The notes under the pieces: generated by a model
Databases searched by the model: none
The model's input: the letters and a program-made list of their open reading frames with translations, nothing else
Told to the model about the DNA's origin: nothing
Made by a program: the position numbers and the translations under genes
Shown: positions 1 through 10,200 of the stretch, piece by piece
Position numbering within the stretch: position 1 is the first letter of the stretch
Layout: every line of letters begins with the position of its first letter
Origin: an uncultured Candidatus Binatia bacterium
Lineage (GTDB): Bacteria > Desulfobacterota > Binatia > UBA9968 > JAJDTQ01
DNA length: 64,000 nucleotides
Assembly (NCBI GenBank): GCA_965242525.1
Contig: OZ251459.1
Location: forward strand, 3,840,001-3,904,000
Direction of reading: 5' to 3'

Positions 1-537
1 GCGGCCGAGGAAGTGGACCACTACCGGAAGATGGCGCGTCTGGCGGGAGACATCGGGGAGGACGTGTCGTACGTCCTGAGCTGGCCGAACCAGAAGCGGT
101 ACGTGGAAGCCTTCCGCGGCAGGATCACCACCTGGGAGGACTTCGCCGTGTTCGGTTTCCTCATCGACCGGGTGGGGAGCTACCAACTGGAGGAGTTCGA
201 GGACTGCAGCTACGTGCCCCTGGCCACCATCCTTCCCACCATGGAGCAGGAGGAAGTCGGACACATCGACTTCGGCACGAACCTGACCCGGGAGATGGCG
301 GGCAAGGGGGACGAGTCCAGGGAGCGCGTCCAGAAGGCCATCGACTACTGGTACGTCAAGGGACTGGACATGTTCGGCCGGAACGAGTCGAGACGCTCGG
401 AACGGTATCGCTACTGGGGTCTCAAGAGGCGCACCAACGCCGAGCAGCGGCAACAGTACACCGACGAGGTCAACGCCCTGATCGAGGACATGGGCCTTCA
501 GGTACCCGACCCCAGCGAGGGCCGTCTGTACACTTGA
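1..537 (+). CDS. Ferritin-like di-iron protein, PaaA/PaaC/BoxB-like aromatic acyl-CoA epoxidase subunit (5' truncated by window edge)
   Basis: Frame open from base 1 (AAEEVDHY...). Two ExxH di-iron motifs (EEVDH, EEVGH). C-terminus 'QKAIDYWY..LDMFG...YWGLKRRTNAE.RQ.Y' resembles PaaA/BoxB. Confidence 0.7.
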   Translation, partial: AAEEVDHYRKMARLAGDIGEDVSYVLSWPNQKRYVEAFRGRITTWEDFAVFGFLIDRVGSYQLEEFEDCSYVPLATILPTMEQEEVGHIDFGTNLTREMAGKGDESRERVQKAIDYWYVKGLDMFGRNESRRSERYRYWGLKRRTNAEQRQQYTDEVNALIEDMGLQVPDPSEGRLYT

Positions 538-550
538 GGCGGCATCCGGG

Positions 551-739
551 ATGACGAAGGCGCCCCATACGGTCGAACTGGACGAGCACCTGAAGGATTG
601 CATCACCGCGGTCCACCGGGCCGTGGGTCAGGCCATCTCCAACATCGAGGACGAGAAGGTCGTGGACCAGGCCCTCCATGACTGCCGGGAAGTCCTGGAC
701 ATGGTGATGGATGGGAAGGTGTCCGACTGGCTTTCCTGA
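551..739 (+). CDS. Small hypothetical protein (62 aa), helical and acidic
   Basis: ATG 13 bp after the upstream stop; host-like codon usage. Confidence 0.6.
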   Translation: MTKAPHTVELDEHLKDCITAVHRAVGQAISNIEDEKVVDQALHDCREVLDMVMDGKVSDWLS

Positions 740-844
740 AGCCGTCGGACTTCCCACGTTCCCCCGGCGCCGCCTTCGACCCCGCGCCGTGGCCGGCGCG
801 GCCGGTTTCCCCCTACGCTTGACAGGACTGGAGGTTCACACGCC

Positions 845-1624
845 TTGGACATCGTGGTCTGCGGCAAGGTCATCCCCGCCAGCACCGTCACCATCGAGAT
901 CGATCCGGCAACGAAACGGATGATCCGCAAGGGCGTCGCCCACGAGTTGGACCCGGCCGCGGCCAGCGCGGTGGAGGAGGCCCTGCGGCTGGTGGAGAAG
1001 GCGGGCGGCACGGTCACGCTGGTCACCATGGGGTTCCACGAGGTCACCATCGGCATCCGCACCGCCCTGGCCATGGGCGCTACCTCCGCGGTGCACCTCT
1101 TCGACGACGCCCTCGCGGGGTCGGACGCCCTGGGCACGGCCAAGGCCCTGGCCGCGGCCATCCGCAAGAAGCCCTTCGACCTCATCATCTGCGGCACAGA
1201 AAGCAGCGACAGCTACTCCGGCATCGTGCCCGGCCAGCTCGCGCGGCTGCTGGACGTCCCGCCGGTGACCTTCGCCAACGAGATGGCCGTGGAGGGGACG
1301 ACCCTCACCGTCAAGCGCCAGAGCGAGACCGGCTACGACGTGGTGGAGGCCGACCTTCCCGCCCTGGTCACGGTAACCAGCGGCATCAACGAGCCGCGCT
1401 ACCCGCAGCTCAAGGGCATCATGGCGGCCAAGAAGAAGGAGATCCTGCAATACTCCGTCGAGGACCTCGGCCTCGCGCCGGCCGAAGTGGGGGAGCAGGG
1501 CGCCCGCGAGAAAGTGCTGGAGGTCGGCCGGCCGCCCCGGCGCCAAGCCGGCGAGGTGGTGGAGGATGACGGCGAGGGGGGCAAGCGGATCGCCGATTTC
1601 CTGGCCGAGGTCAAGGTCCTTTAG
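845..1624 (+). CDS. etfB: Electron transfer flavoprotein beta subunit
   Basis: IVVCGKVIP start, AVEEALRL, DALGTAKALA and INEPRYP motifs; GGAGG RBS upstream of TTG. Confidence 0.93.
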   Translation: MDIVVCGKVIPASTVTIEIDPATKRMIRKGVAHELDPAAASAVEEALRLVEKAGGTVTLVTMGFHEVTIGIRTALAMGATSAVHLFDDALAGSDALGTAKALAAAIRKKPFDLIICGTESSDSYSGIVPGQLARLLDVPPVTFANEMAVEGTTLTVKRQSETGYDVVEADLPALVTVTSGINEPRYPQLKGIMAAKKKEILQYSVEDLGLAPAEVGEQGAREKVLEVGRPPRRQAGEVVEDDGEGGKRIADFLAEVKVL

Positions 1625-2587
1625 ATGTCCGATACGGTTTGGGTGTACGGCGAGGTGGTGGACGACGCGGTCACCGCCACGACCCTGGAGATGGTGACGA
1701 AGGCCGCGGCGGCGGGCGCCGCGGAGGTGGTCCTGCTCGGCCCCGCTCCCGATGACGCGGTGGAGTTGCTGGGCCGCCACGGCGCGGGCAAGGTCTATCG
1801 TTCCACCGACCCGGTCTTCCGCGACTACCTGACGTTGCCGGCCGCGGCCGCGGTGGAGTCCCTGATCCGCCAACACCGGCCGGCGGTGGTCCTGTTCGCG
1901 TCGAGCTACGGCGGCCGCGACGTGGCCGCGGCCGTCAGCGCCAGCCTCGACTGCGGCGCCATCACCGACGTGGCCGACTTCACCCTCACCGACGGCCGGG
2001 TGGAAGCGAAGATCCCCGCCCTCGGGGCCAGCTACTGGAACACCGCCACCCTGACCCACGACCAAGTCCGGATCCTCCTGGTGCGGCCCAAGGCATTCGA
2101 GCCCGCGCCGAACCCCAGGACCCCGGTGGTGGTGGAGGTCGCGGCCGCGGACGACCCGGAGCTGCGCAAGGTCCGCGTCAAGGAAAAGGTCACCGCCAAG
2201 GCCGAAGGCCCCCAACTGGACGACGCCAGCGTCATCGTCGCCGGCGGCCGCGGTCTGGCCAGCGCCGAAAACTTCGACATGCTGCGGCAGTTGGCGGAGC
2301 TCCTGGGCGGCGCGGTGGGCGCCACCCGGGCCGTGGTGGACTCCGGCTGGGTCCCCTACTCCCTCCAGATCGGCCAGACCGGCAAGACCGTCAAGCCCGA
2401 CCTCTACATCGCCTGCGGCATCTCTGGCGCGGTCCAGCACCTGGCCGGTATGAAGGACTCCAAGGTCATCATCGCCGTCAACAAGGACCCCGACGCCCCC
2501 ATCTTCCAGATGTGCGACCTGGGCATCGTCGGCGATGTCTTCAAGGTCGTCCCCCGGTTGATCGACGCGATCAAGGAACGCAGGTAA
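1625..2587 (+). CDS. etfA: Electron transfer flavoprotein alpha subunit
   Basis: [42 protein letters not shown] and [10 protein letters not shown]-like FAD-binding motifs. Confidence 0.95.
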   Translation: MSDTVWVYGEVVDDAVTATTLEMVTKAAAAGAAEVVLLGPAPDDAVELLGRHGAGKVYRSTDPVFRDYLTLPAAAAVESLIRQHRPAVVLFASSYGGRDVAAAVSASLDCGAITDVADFTLTDGRVEAKIPALGASYWNTATLTHDQVRILLVRPKAFEPAPNPRTPVVVEVAAADDPELRKVRVKEKVTAKAEGPQLDDASVIVAGGRGLASAENFDMLRQLAELLGGAVGATRAVVDSGWVPYSLQIGQTGKTVKPDLYIACGISGAVQHLAGMKDSKVIIAVNKDPDAPIFQMCDLGIVGDVFKVVPRLIDAIKERR

Positions 2588-2725
2588 AGCCGCATGCGAA
2601 CTGCCGAGTGAGGCGGCGCCAAGCCTTCGACGAGAACGTCACGGATCGACGATAGCGTCGAAGGTCCGGCGCGCCTGAACCCGAGTATCCCCCCGCAAAA
2701 CCGCACTCCTGCGTGCCCCTATGCC

Positions 2726-2741
2726 TGGCACGCTGTTTGCT
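2726..2741 (+). promoter_or_regulatory. Sigma54 (-24/-12) promoter
   Basis: TGGCAC-gctgt-TTGCT matches the TGGCAC-N5-TTGCW consensus; ~58 bp upstream of the ATG at 2799. Confidence 0.75.
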
Positions 2742-2798
2742 TCTCTACATACGGACGATGCAAGGTTTCGAGGGCGGGCATGGACCGGGGGAGCACCC

Positions 2799-3020
2799 AT
2801 GAGACGACTATCCGATGACCTCACACTTCTCGACGTCGTGAACACCGTCGGTCAATATGCAGAGACCGACGACGAACTGAAGGCCGTTGTCGCCTACCTC
2901 GTCAACAGCGGCAGGGTCAGACTCTGCGGCAGCCTCGCCGGTTCGACGGTGGACTTGCCCCGGCCCCCGGCGTCGGTCTCCCGGCTCGAACCCGCCGCGG
3001 CCCGTTCCCACAGGGCTTAG
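2799..3020 (+). CDS. Small hypothetical protein (73 aa)
   Basis: GGGGAG RBS before ATG 2799; sequence MRRLSDDLTLLDVVNTV...VVAYLVNSGRVRLCG; sigma54 site upstream, so the ORF-track start at 2721 is probably too early. Confidence 0.65.
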   Translation: MRRLSDDLTLLDVVNTVGQYAETDDELKAVVAYLVNSGRVRLCGSLAGSTVDLPRPPASVSRLEPAAARSHRA

Positions 3021-3187
3021 CCGCAGCAGGCGCCGGCGGCGGCGTTGGATTCATCCATCCGGGATGAGGCCACCGCTTCCGACAACCTGCGACGCCCCTG
3101 ACGGCAGACCAACAGTCCATTGCAAAGAAAACCGATGTTCCCTATACTTGAACATAGTTGTCTGACCATTGAACGGAGACCGTCAGC

Positions 3188-3556
3188 ATGAAGCTCAATG
3201 AGGAACTAGCCAAGTGGCTGGCGGACTTGAGAGAACAGTGGTCGGGCAAGATCGAAAAACCTCTTCGATTTTGCTGGACATACCTCTGCTATTTTCTGGG
3301 AGCGTTCACGATCTTCTACTTCCCCGTCGTTGTAACGGCACCGAGGTCCATCACCACCAACATCCTTGACACGTTAGACCTAGTTCCTCTCATCCTTTCA
3401 CTGCTTCTCGCCGTCATGATCGCCCTGCTTCTTTCATGGCCGCGGCGAGCGTACACGCCCGCAAGGATGTATCTTGGCGGACTGGCCTTCGCCGCATTGG
3501 TTTGTCTGATCGTAGCCAACGTTGCAGGGCAACTTGCCAAACAACTCCTGCCATAA
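3188..3556 (+). CDS. Hypothetical membrane protein (about 3 TM helices)
   Basis: GGAG RBS; three hydrophobic stretches; lower GC than flanks. Confidence 0.6.
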   Translation: MKLNEELAKWLADLREQWSGKIEKPLRFCWTYLCYFLGAFTIFYFPVVVTAPRSITTNILDTLDLVPLILSLLLAVMIALLLSWPRRAYTPARMYLGGLAFAALVCLIVANVAGQLAKQLLP

Positions 3557-3566
3557 CGCTAGACCA

Positions 3567-4178
3567 ATGAACACCGTTCGATACAGCCTTTGCTTCGCAA
3601 CCGTCGCTCTGTGGGCAACCATGTCGATACCGGTCCTTGCTCAGGAACCGGTCATCGGTTCGCAAGGAACCCCACAGGACGTCATGGAACTGACTACAAG
3701 CAAGCAGGTACTGAATCTGCATAAAGTTACCTTGGAGACAAAGATAAAATGGAGTGCGCAATTGTTGTTCTATCCGAAGGCATTGCAATCCATACTAGCA
3801 CTCCATGCATACAAACTGAACGATATTTGCGATCCAGAAAGTAGCTTGACCACACAAGGGTTGGGGCAAGATTTGGGGTTTGTGGTCACATCCGTTCCCC
3901 GAAACGGCGATCCATCGGGTCCTTCCGGCTATCCTGGCTATAAAATTATCAAAAGTCCCAACCATAGACCGCTCACGCTGGCAATGGCATGCGACTTGTC
4001 GAAAAACCTCTCGGAAAATGCGCCAAACCTTTCGAATCTGCCCGCCATTCATGGACTATCGGGTGGGAAAAAAAGAATCCACCTTCTCATTCCGTTCGCC
4101 ATAGACAACGAGATTGAACCCGATCTGTATTGGACGACCGATCTGTCCAAAGTGATGCACTATCAAATAATGAAATAA
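3567..4178 (+). CDS. Hypothetical exported protein
   Basis: ATG 3567 gives a signal peptide MNTVRYSLCFATVALWATMSIPVLA-Q; low GC; 10 bp after the upstream gene. Confidence 0.55.
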   Translation: MNTVRYSLCFATVALWATMSIPVLAQEPVIGSQGTPQDVMELTTSKQVLNLHKVTLETKIKWSAQLLFYPKALQSILALHAYKLNDICDPESSLTTQGLGQDLGFVVTSVPRNGDPSGPSGYPGYKIIKSPNHRPLTLAMACDLSKNLSENAPNLSNLPAIHGLSGGKKRIHLLIPFAIDNEIEPDLYWTTDLSKVMHYQIMK

Positions 4179-4244
4179 CGAAAGGAAGGACACGACACTA
4201 GCGCCCTGTAACAGTAACTTATCTTCCAAGTTCCAGCGCCAGAT

Positions 4245-7200
4245 CTACCAAGTCAAGTCCAGGCTCAGCTTGACGCCGTATTCCGGGGCGCCGTCGGAAC
4301 TCCCGGCGCGCTCCCCTTCCAGGTTCAGGCTCAGGGACGGACCCAAGGCGAAGCGGCTGCCCATCCGGTAGGCGCGCTCGCCGCTCGACACCCCCACGCC
4401 CCCGTACACCGTCATCACACCATCCAAAACCCCTACGCCGTAGCCCAACTCCGCATCCACCCGCGCGCCAGATCCCGATCCGCTCTCTCCCGCGCCCGTC
4501 AGCCCCTCCTGCCACAGCCGATCCATACCGCTGTCCGTCTTGCCCCAGGCCGGACTCACCTGCAACGACAGCCCGCGCCCGTCCGAACCCGGGTCCAGCC
4601 GGACCGTCCCGCCCGCTCCCCATTCCCGCACCTCTCCCGCGTGCGCCAGCAACACCCGACCCGACCCCTCTACACTCAGCCCCAGACCCGCGTGCGCGTA
4701 CCGCATCCCACTCCCCAACTCCAACCCCGCACCGGTCTCACCGTCCCCGCCGTCCCAACGTACTCCCAACTCCACGGACGGCTCCAACCACCCACCGGAC
4801 TCCCACTCCAGCCGACGCTTCCCCTCCACCGCCATCCGCAACCGATGCGTGCCCACCGACACCCCCTCCAGCAACTCCCCGTTGTCATCCACCCGCAGCC
4901 CCGTCATCTGCCCCTCCCCCTTGACGTCCACCGTCGCGGCCCCCTCCGCTCCCGTGAACACTCGCACGCTGCCCCCCAATCCGCCCCCCCGGAACTCCGC
5001 GTCGCTCGACTCCCGGCCCGCAGCCCCGTCCCGCAACGTCACCTTGCCCTCTCCGTAGCCGAACACTGCCCACAACTGCGACCCGCCCGCAGACGACCAC
5101 CCCAGGTACGGATGGAACAGGGTCATCCGGCTCCGGTGCTCTCCCCGGACCTCTTCGCCTCCCCGCCGGTCCGTGTACTCCACGTCCGCGTCGAACCACG
5201 ACGCCCCCAGCCCTCCCACCAAACCCGCCCCCAACTCCGCGTCCGCCCCCGTATGCACCCCGAACAGACCTCCCTCCCACTCCACTCCCCGGCCACCCGA
5301 CAGGCTCCGGTAATCGCTCCCCGCCCACATCCCCAGGCCCCAACCTTCCTCCTCCTCCTTCCCCAGACGAACCGTGAACGACGTCCCGCCCAGCACTTCC
5401 TTCCAGTCGATCCCCTCCCCTTCCGGTTGCTTCCACCCGTCTTGCCGCAGCCCCAGCAACTCGTCCCAACCCAGGCCCTCTTCCAGCCCCCGCTCCCGAC
5501 CGGGCAGTTTCTCCAACACCGACGCCACCGTCCGCGCCACGTCGGCGCTCTCCACCCTCCGCTCCGGCCCCAGACGCACGCTCACCGAGTCCACCGCGCT
5601 GCTCCACATGGCGCGGGACACTTCCGGCAGGATCACCTCGTTCACCCCACGGAGACGACGCCGCTGCACCTCCGCCTCCGTCAGCACCGTCACCGAGAAC
5701 CGCACCACCGCACTGTCCCCGTCCTCGTCCGTGGCCGTCCACGCGTACTCCGTGCGCTCCAACCCTTCCGTCGGCGTCCCCGTTACCGTATGCGTGGACG
5801 GGTCCCGGACCACCCCGCCCGGCAGCGCCGGCGTCAACGTGTAGCGCAACGTCCCGTTGCCGCCCCTCGCCAGCGGCAGGCTCACAGGCGTGATGTCCTC
5901 GTCCTCGATCCACTCCTGGTCCGCCACCGTCTCCTCGAAACTCGGCGTCAGGTCCGGCTCCACCAGGATGGTGAACCTCAACGTGGCGCTGTCACCGTCC
6001 TCGTCCGTGGCCGTCAGCGTGTACACCCTCTCCACCGACGCCTCCCTAGGCGTGCCGCACAGGGTGCCGCCGCCATCGGCCATGGGCATGTCCCCCTTCC
6101 CGGCATCCCCTCTCTGGCCGCGGCACATCTCCGGCCTGCCCGGCGCCACGTAGAGGATCCCGGTGGGCAGGGGCGCCCTGGACGGCCGGGCCAACCGGGT
6201 CACGTCGCCACCGGAAGCCACGAGCGGCCCCCTCAACTCGTAGCTCAGCCTCCCGTCGCCGCCGGTCGCAGCGGGCAACCGCACCACAGGCTCGATCACT
6301 TGGCCCTCGATGTAGCGCTGCGCGGCAAAGATGCTTGGATCGAAGGACGGCGTCAGGTCCGGCGCCGCTGCCCTGACCGAGCTCACCACCTCCATGCGGA
6401 ACGACAGGCTCGCCTCGTCACCGTCCTCGTCCGTGGCCGTCAGCGTGTAGGTCGCCTCTGCCGCCACCTCCGCAGGCGTGCCCGACAGGGTCCCGCCCGT
6501 GCCGTCGCCGGCGCTCGGCGCCGCGTACGCGATCCCGGCCGGCAGGGTCAGGCTGCTCGAATCCCCCGGCCCGCTCAGAGTATAGGTCAGCGTCCCGTCC
6601 CCGCCGGTGGCTGCCGGCAGCGAGACCGGCGCGATGGTCGAGTCCCGCACGTAGCGTTGCGCGTCGAACGTGTCCGAGCCGAAGGCCGGCGCCCCGTCCT
6701 CCGCTCCGGCATTCTGCCGGGTCCCCTGCCCGCTCCCTTCGGTGATGGTCAGCGCCGCGCCAGCCACGCCTCCCACGCCCTGGCTGTTCTCCGCAGTCCC
6801 CGTCACAGTCACCGAACGGTCCTCCGCGTTGTCCACGCCGTCGTCCACCGCAGTGATCGTCACGCTGTCCGCAGCGTTCGACGTCTCGCCCGCGGCAATC
6901 GTGATGGTCGCGTCCGAGCCCACCGTGTAGGCCCCCGAAACCGGCTGCACGGTGATCGTGGTCGCCGCGCTCGACGCATGGCTCAAGGTCGCGGTCACCG
7001 TTGTCGTACCGCCGTTCTCGGAGATCGAGGCGTCCGCTACCGCCAACGCCACCGTCGGCGCCGCTTCGTCGTCCTCGATGGTCAGGGTCATGCTCGCCGG
7101 CGCCGCCACCCCGCTGTTCCCGCTCACCACCGCCGTGACCGTCACTTCCTTGTCCGGCGCGTCAACCGTGTTGTCGACCGCGGTTACCGTCACCGTGCCG

Positions 7201-10200
7201 GTGCTGCTCGTGTCTCCTGCCGCGATGGTGAGCGTCTTCGCGCTCGACAGACTGAAGTCACCCGATGCCGCGTTCCTTCCCGCGGCCGCGGCCACGGTCA
7301 GCGTTACCGCCTCACTCGACGTGCGGTTCAGCGTCGCCGTCACCGTCGCCGAACCCGGATTCGTCCCGTCGTGCTCATCGATCGCCGCCGGATTCAGCAC
7401 GAGCGTTGCCGTTGGCGCTCCCTCGTCGTCGGTCAGCGTCAAGCTCGCGCCCGTTACCGTGCCGATGCCCTGGCTGTTCTGCGCCGTTCCGCTCACCGTC
7501 GCCGTCCGGTTCACCACGTTGTCGATCGCGTCGTCCACCGCCGTGATGGTCACGCTGTCCGCGGTGTTCGAGGTCTCGCCTGCCGCAATCGTGATGGTCG
7601 CGTCCGCGCCCACCGTGTAGGCGCCCGCTTCCGGCTGCACCGTGACCGTCGTCGCCGCGCTCGATGCATGGCTCAAGGTCGCCGTCACCGTCGTGGTACC
7701 GCCGTTCTCGGAAATCGCGCTGTCCGCTACCGCCAACGTCACCGTCGGCGCCGCGTCGTCGTCCTCGATCGTTCCCGTTCCCGTCGCGGCGCTCACCGGG
7801 AGTCTCGCGTTCACCGGCTCGCTCAGCGATACCTTCACCGTCTCGTCCGGTTCGTCCACCCCGTCACCGGTCACCGTCACCGTCACCGTCTTGCTCGTCT
7901 CACCGGGCGCAAACGTCAGTGTCCCGGCACTGAGCGCCGCGTAGTCGGTCCCGGAGGTCGCCGTACCCGTACCCGCGTCCGCGTACTTCACCGTCACCTG
8001 CGCGGTGCTCGCCTTGCTCAAAGTCACCGTCCACGTCAGGGCCGACGTCGTACCCGACGCCCCCTCCGTCACCCGCGGCGACGACAGCGACAACGCCGGC
8101 AGGTCTCCCGTGTTCACGACGATCCCCGGCGGGTTGACCAACCGGGGCGGGTCGCCCGGGCGAATCACCGCCGCGAGGAACCGCACCGAATCCTCGTCCC
8201 CGTCCTCGTCCTCCACCGTCCAGGTGTATTCCACCTGGTTCGTCGGATCGTCCGGCGTCGTGCCCGTCACCAGGAACCCGTTCCGCGACAGCCACGAAGG
8301 CAACGCCGGCGACAACGTGTAGGTCAGCGTCCCATCTCCCCCCGTCGCCCGCGGCAGCACCAGGCGTGGAATCACGGTGGCGGTCGGCCACAGCCGGCTG
8401 GCGACCTGCGCGCCGCCAAACGTCGGCTTCAAGTCCAGGTCGTCGTCCGTGATCGTCAGGGTCACCGCGTTCGGGTCACCGGCCACGCCGTGGCTGTTGG
8501 CCGCCGTCGCCGATACGCTCACCACCTTGTCGTTGGCCGCGTCCTCGTCGTCGTCCACCGCAGAAATCGTCACCGTGCCGGTGCTCGTCGTCGTCCCCGC
8601 CGCGATGGTCAGCACCCTGTTCGCACTCAATCTGAAGTCCGCCGCCCCCGTGTGCGCCCCCGCCGAGGCCGCCACCGTCACCGTCGTCGCCGCGCTCGAT
8701 GCGTGCGAGAGCGTCGCCGTTACCGTCGCCTCGCCGCCGTCCTCCGAAATGGACGACGAGGACAGAACCAGCGTCACCTTCGGCGCCGCTTCGTCGTCCT
8801 CGATGGTGAGCGTCACGCTCGACGGGTCAGCCACGCCGCTGTCGCCGCTCACCGACGCCGAGACGGTCACCTGTTTGTCGGGGGCGTGCGCCGTGTTGTC
8901 CACCGCGGTCACGGTCACGGCGCCGGTGCTGCTCGTGTCTCCCGCCGCAATGGTGAGCGTCTTTGCGGACGACAGGCTGAAGTCGCCCGACGCCGCGTTC
9001 GTCCCGGCGGTGGCCGCTACCGTCAGCGTGACGGCCTCACTCGACGCGCGATTCAGCGTCGCCGTCACCATCGCCGACCCGGGGTTGGTCCCGTCGTGCT
9101 CGTCGATCGTCGCGTCGCTCAGCGCCAGCGTCGCCGTCGGCGTAGTTTCGTCGTCGGTCAGCGTCAACGCCGCTCCGGTCACCGTGCCCACGTCGTGACC
9201 GTTCTGCGCCGTCCCGGTGACCGTCGCTGAGCGGTTGACTACGTTGTCAACCGCGTCATCCACCGCCGTGATCGTCGCCGTGTCCGCGGCGTTCGAGGTC
9301 TCGCCAGCCGCAATCGTGATCGTCGCGTCCGCCCCCACCGTGTAGGCGCCGGCTTCCGGCTGTACGGTGATCGTGGTCGCTACACTCGAAGCATGGCTCA
9401 GCGTCGCCGTCACCGTCGTGGTACCGCCGTTCTCGGAGATCGAGGAGTCCGCTAACGCCAGCGCGACCGTCGGCGCGGCTTCGTCGTCCTCAATGGTCAG
9501 CGTCACGTTCGTCGGGTCGGCCACCCCGCTGTCGCCGCTCACCGACGCCGAGACCGTCACTTCCTTGTCCGGCGCGTCGGCCGTATTGTCCACCGCGGTC
9601 ACTGTCACCGTGCCGGTGCTGCTCGTCTCCCCCGCCGCGATGGTCAGGGTCTTGGCGCTTGACAGGTTGAAGTCCGTCGCTGCCGCGTTGGTCCCTGCCG
9701 CTGCCGCCACGGTCAGCGTCACCGCCTCGGTCGATGCACGGTTCAGCGTGGCGGTTACCGCGCTCGTCCCCGGATTCGCCCCGTCGTGTTCGTCGATCGC
9801 CGCCGGATTCAGCGCCAGGGTCACCGCCGGCGTGTCTTCGTCGTCGGTCAAGGTCAGCGCCGCGCCGGTCACCGCCACCGTCGCCGACTCCGCGGCAGCC
9901 TGCGCGTTGGCCGCCGTCCCCGTCACCGTCGTCGAGCGGTTGACCACGTTGTCGATGGCGTCGTTCACCGCCGTGATCGTCACGCTGTCGGTCGCGTTCT
10001 CCGTCTCACCCGCCGCAATCGTGATGGTCGCGTCCGCCCCCACCGTGTAGGCCCCCGACACCGCCGTCACAGTGACCGTCGTCGCCGCGCTCGACGCATG
10101 GCTCAAGGTCGCGGTCACCGTCGTCGTGCCGCCGTTCTCGGAGATCGCGCTGTCCGCCACCGCCAGGGCGACCGTCGGCGCGGCTTCGTCGTCCTCGATG

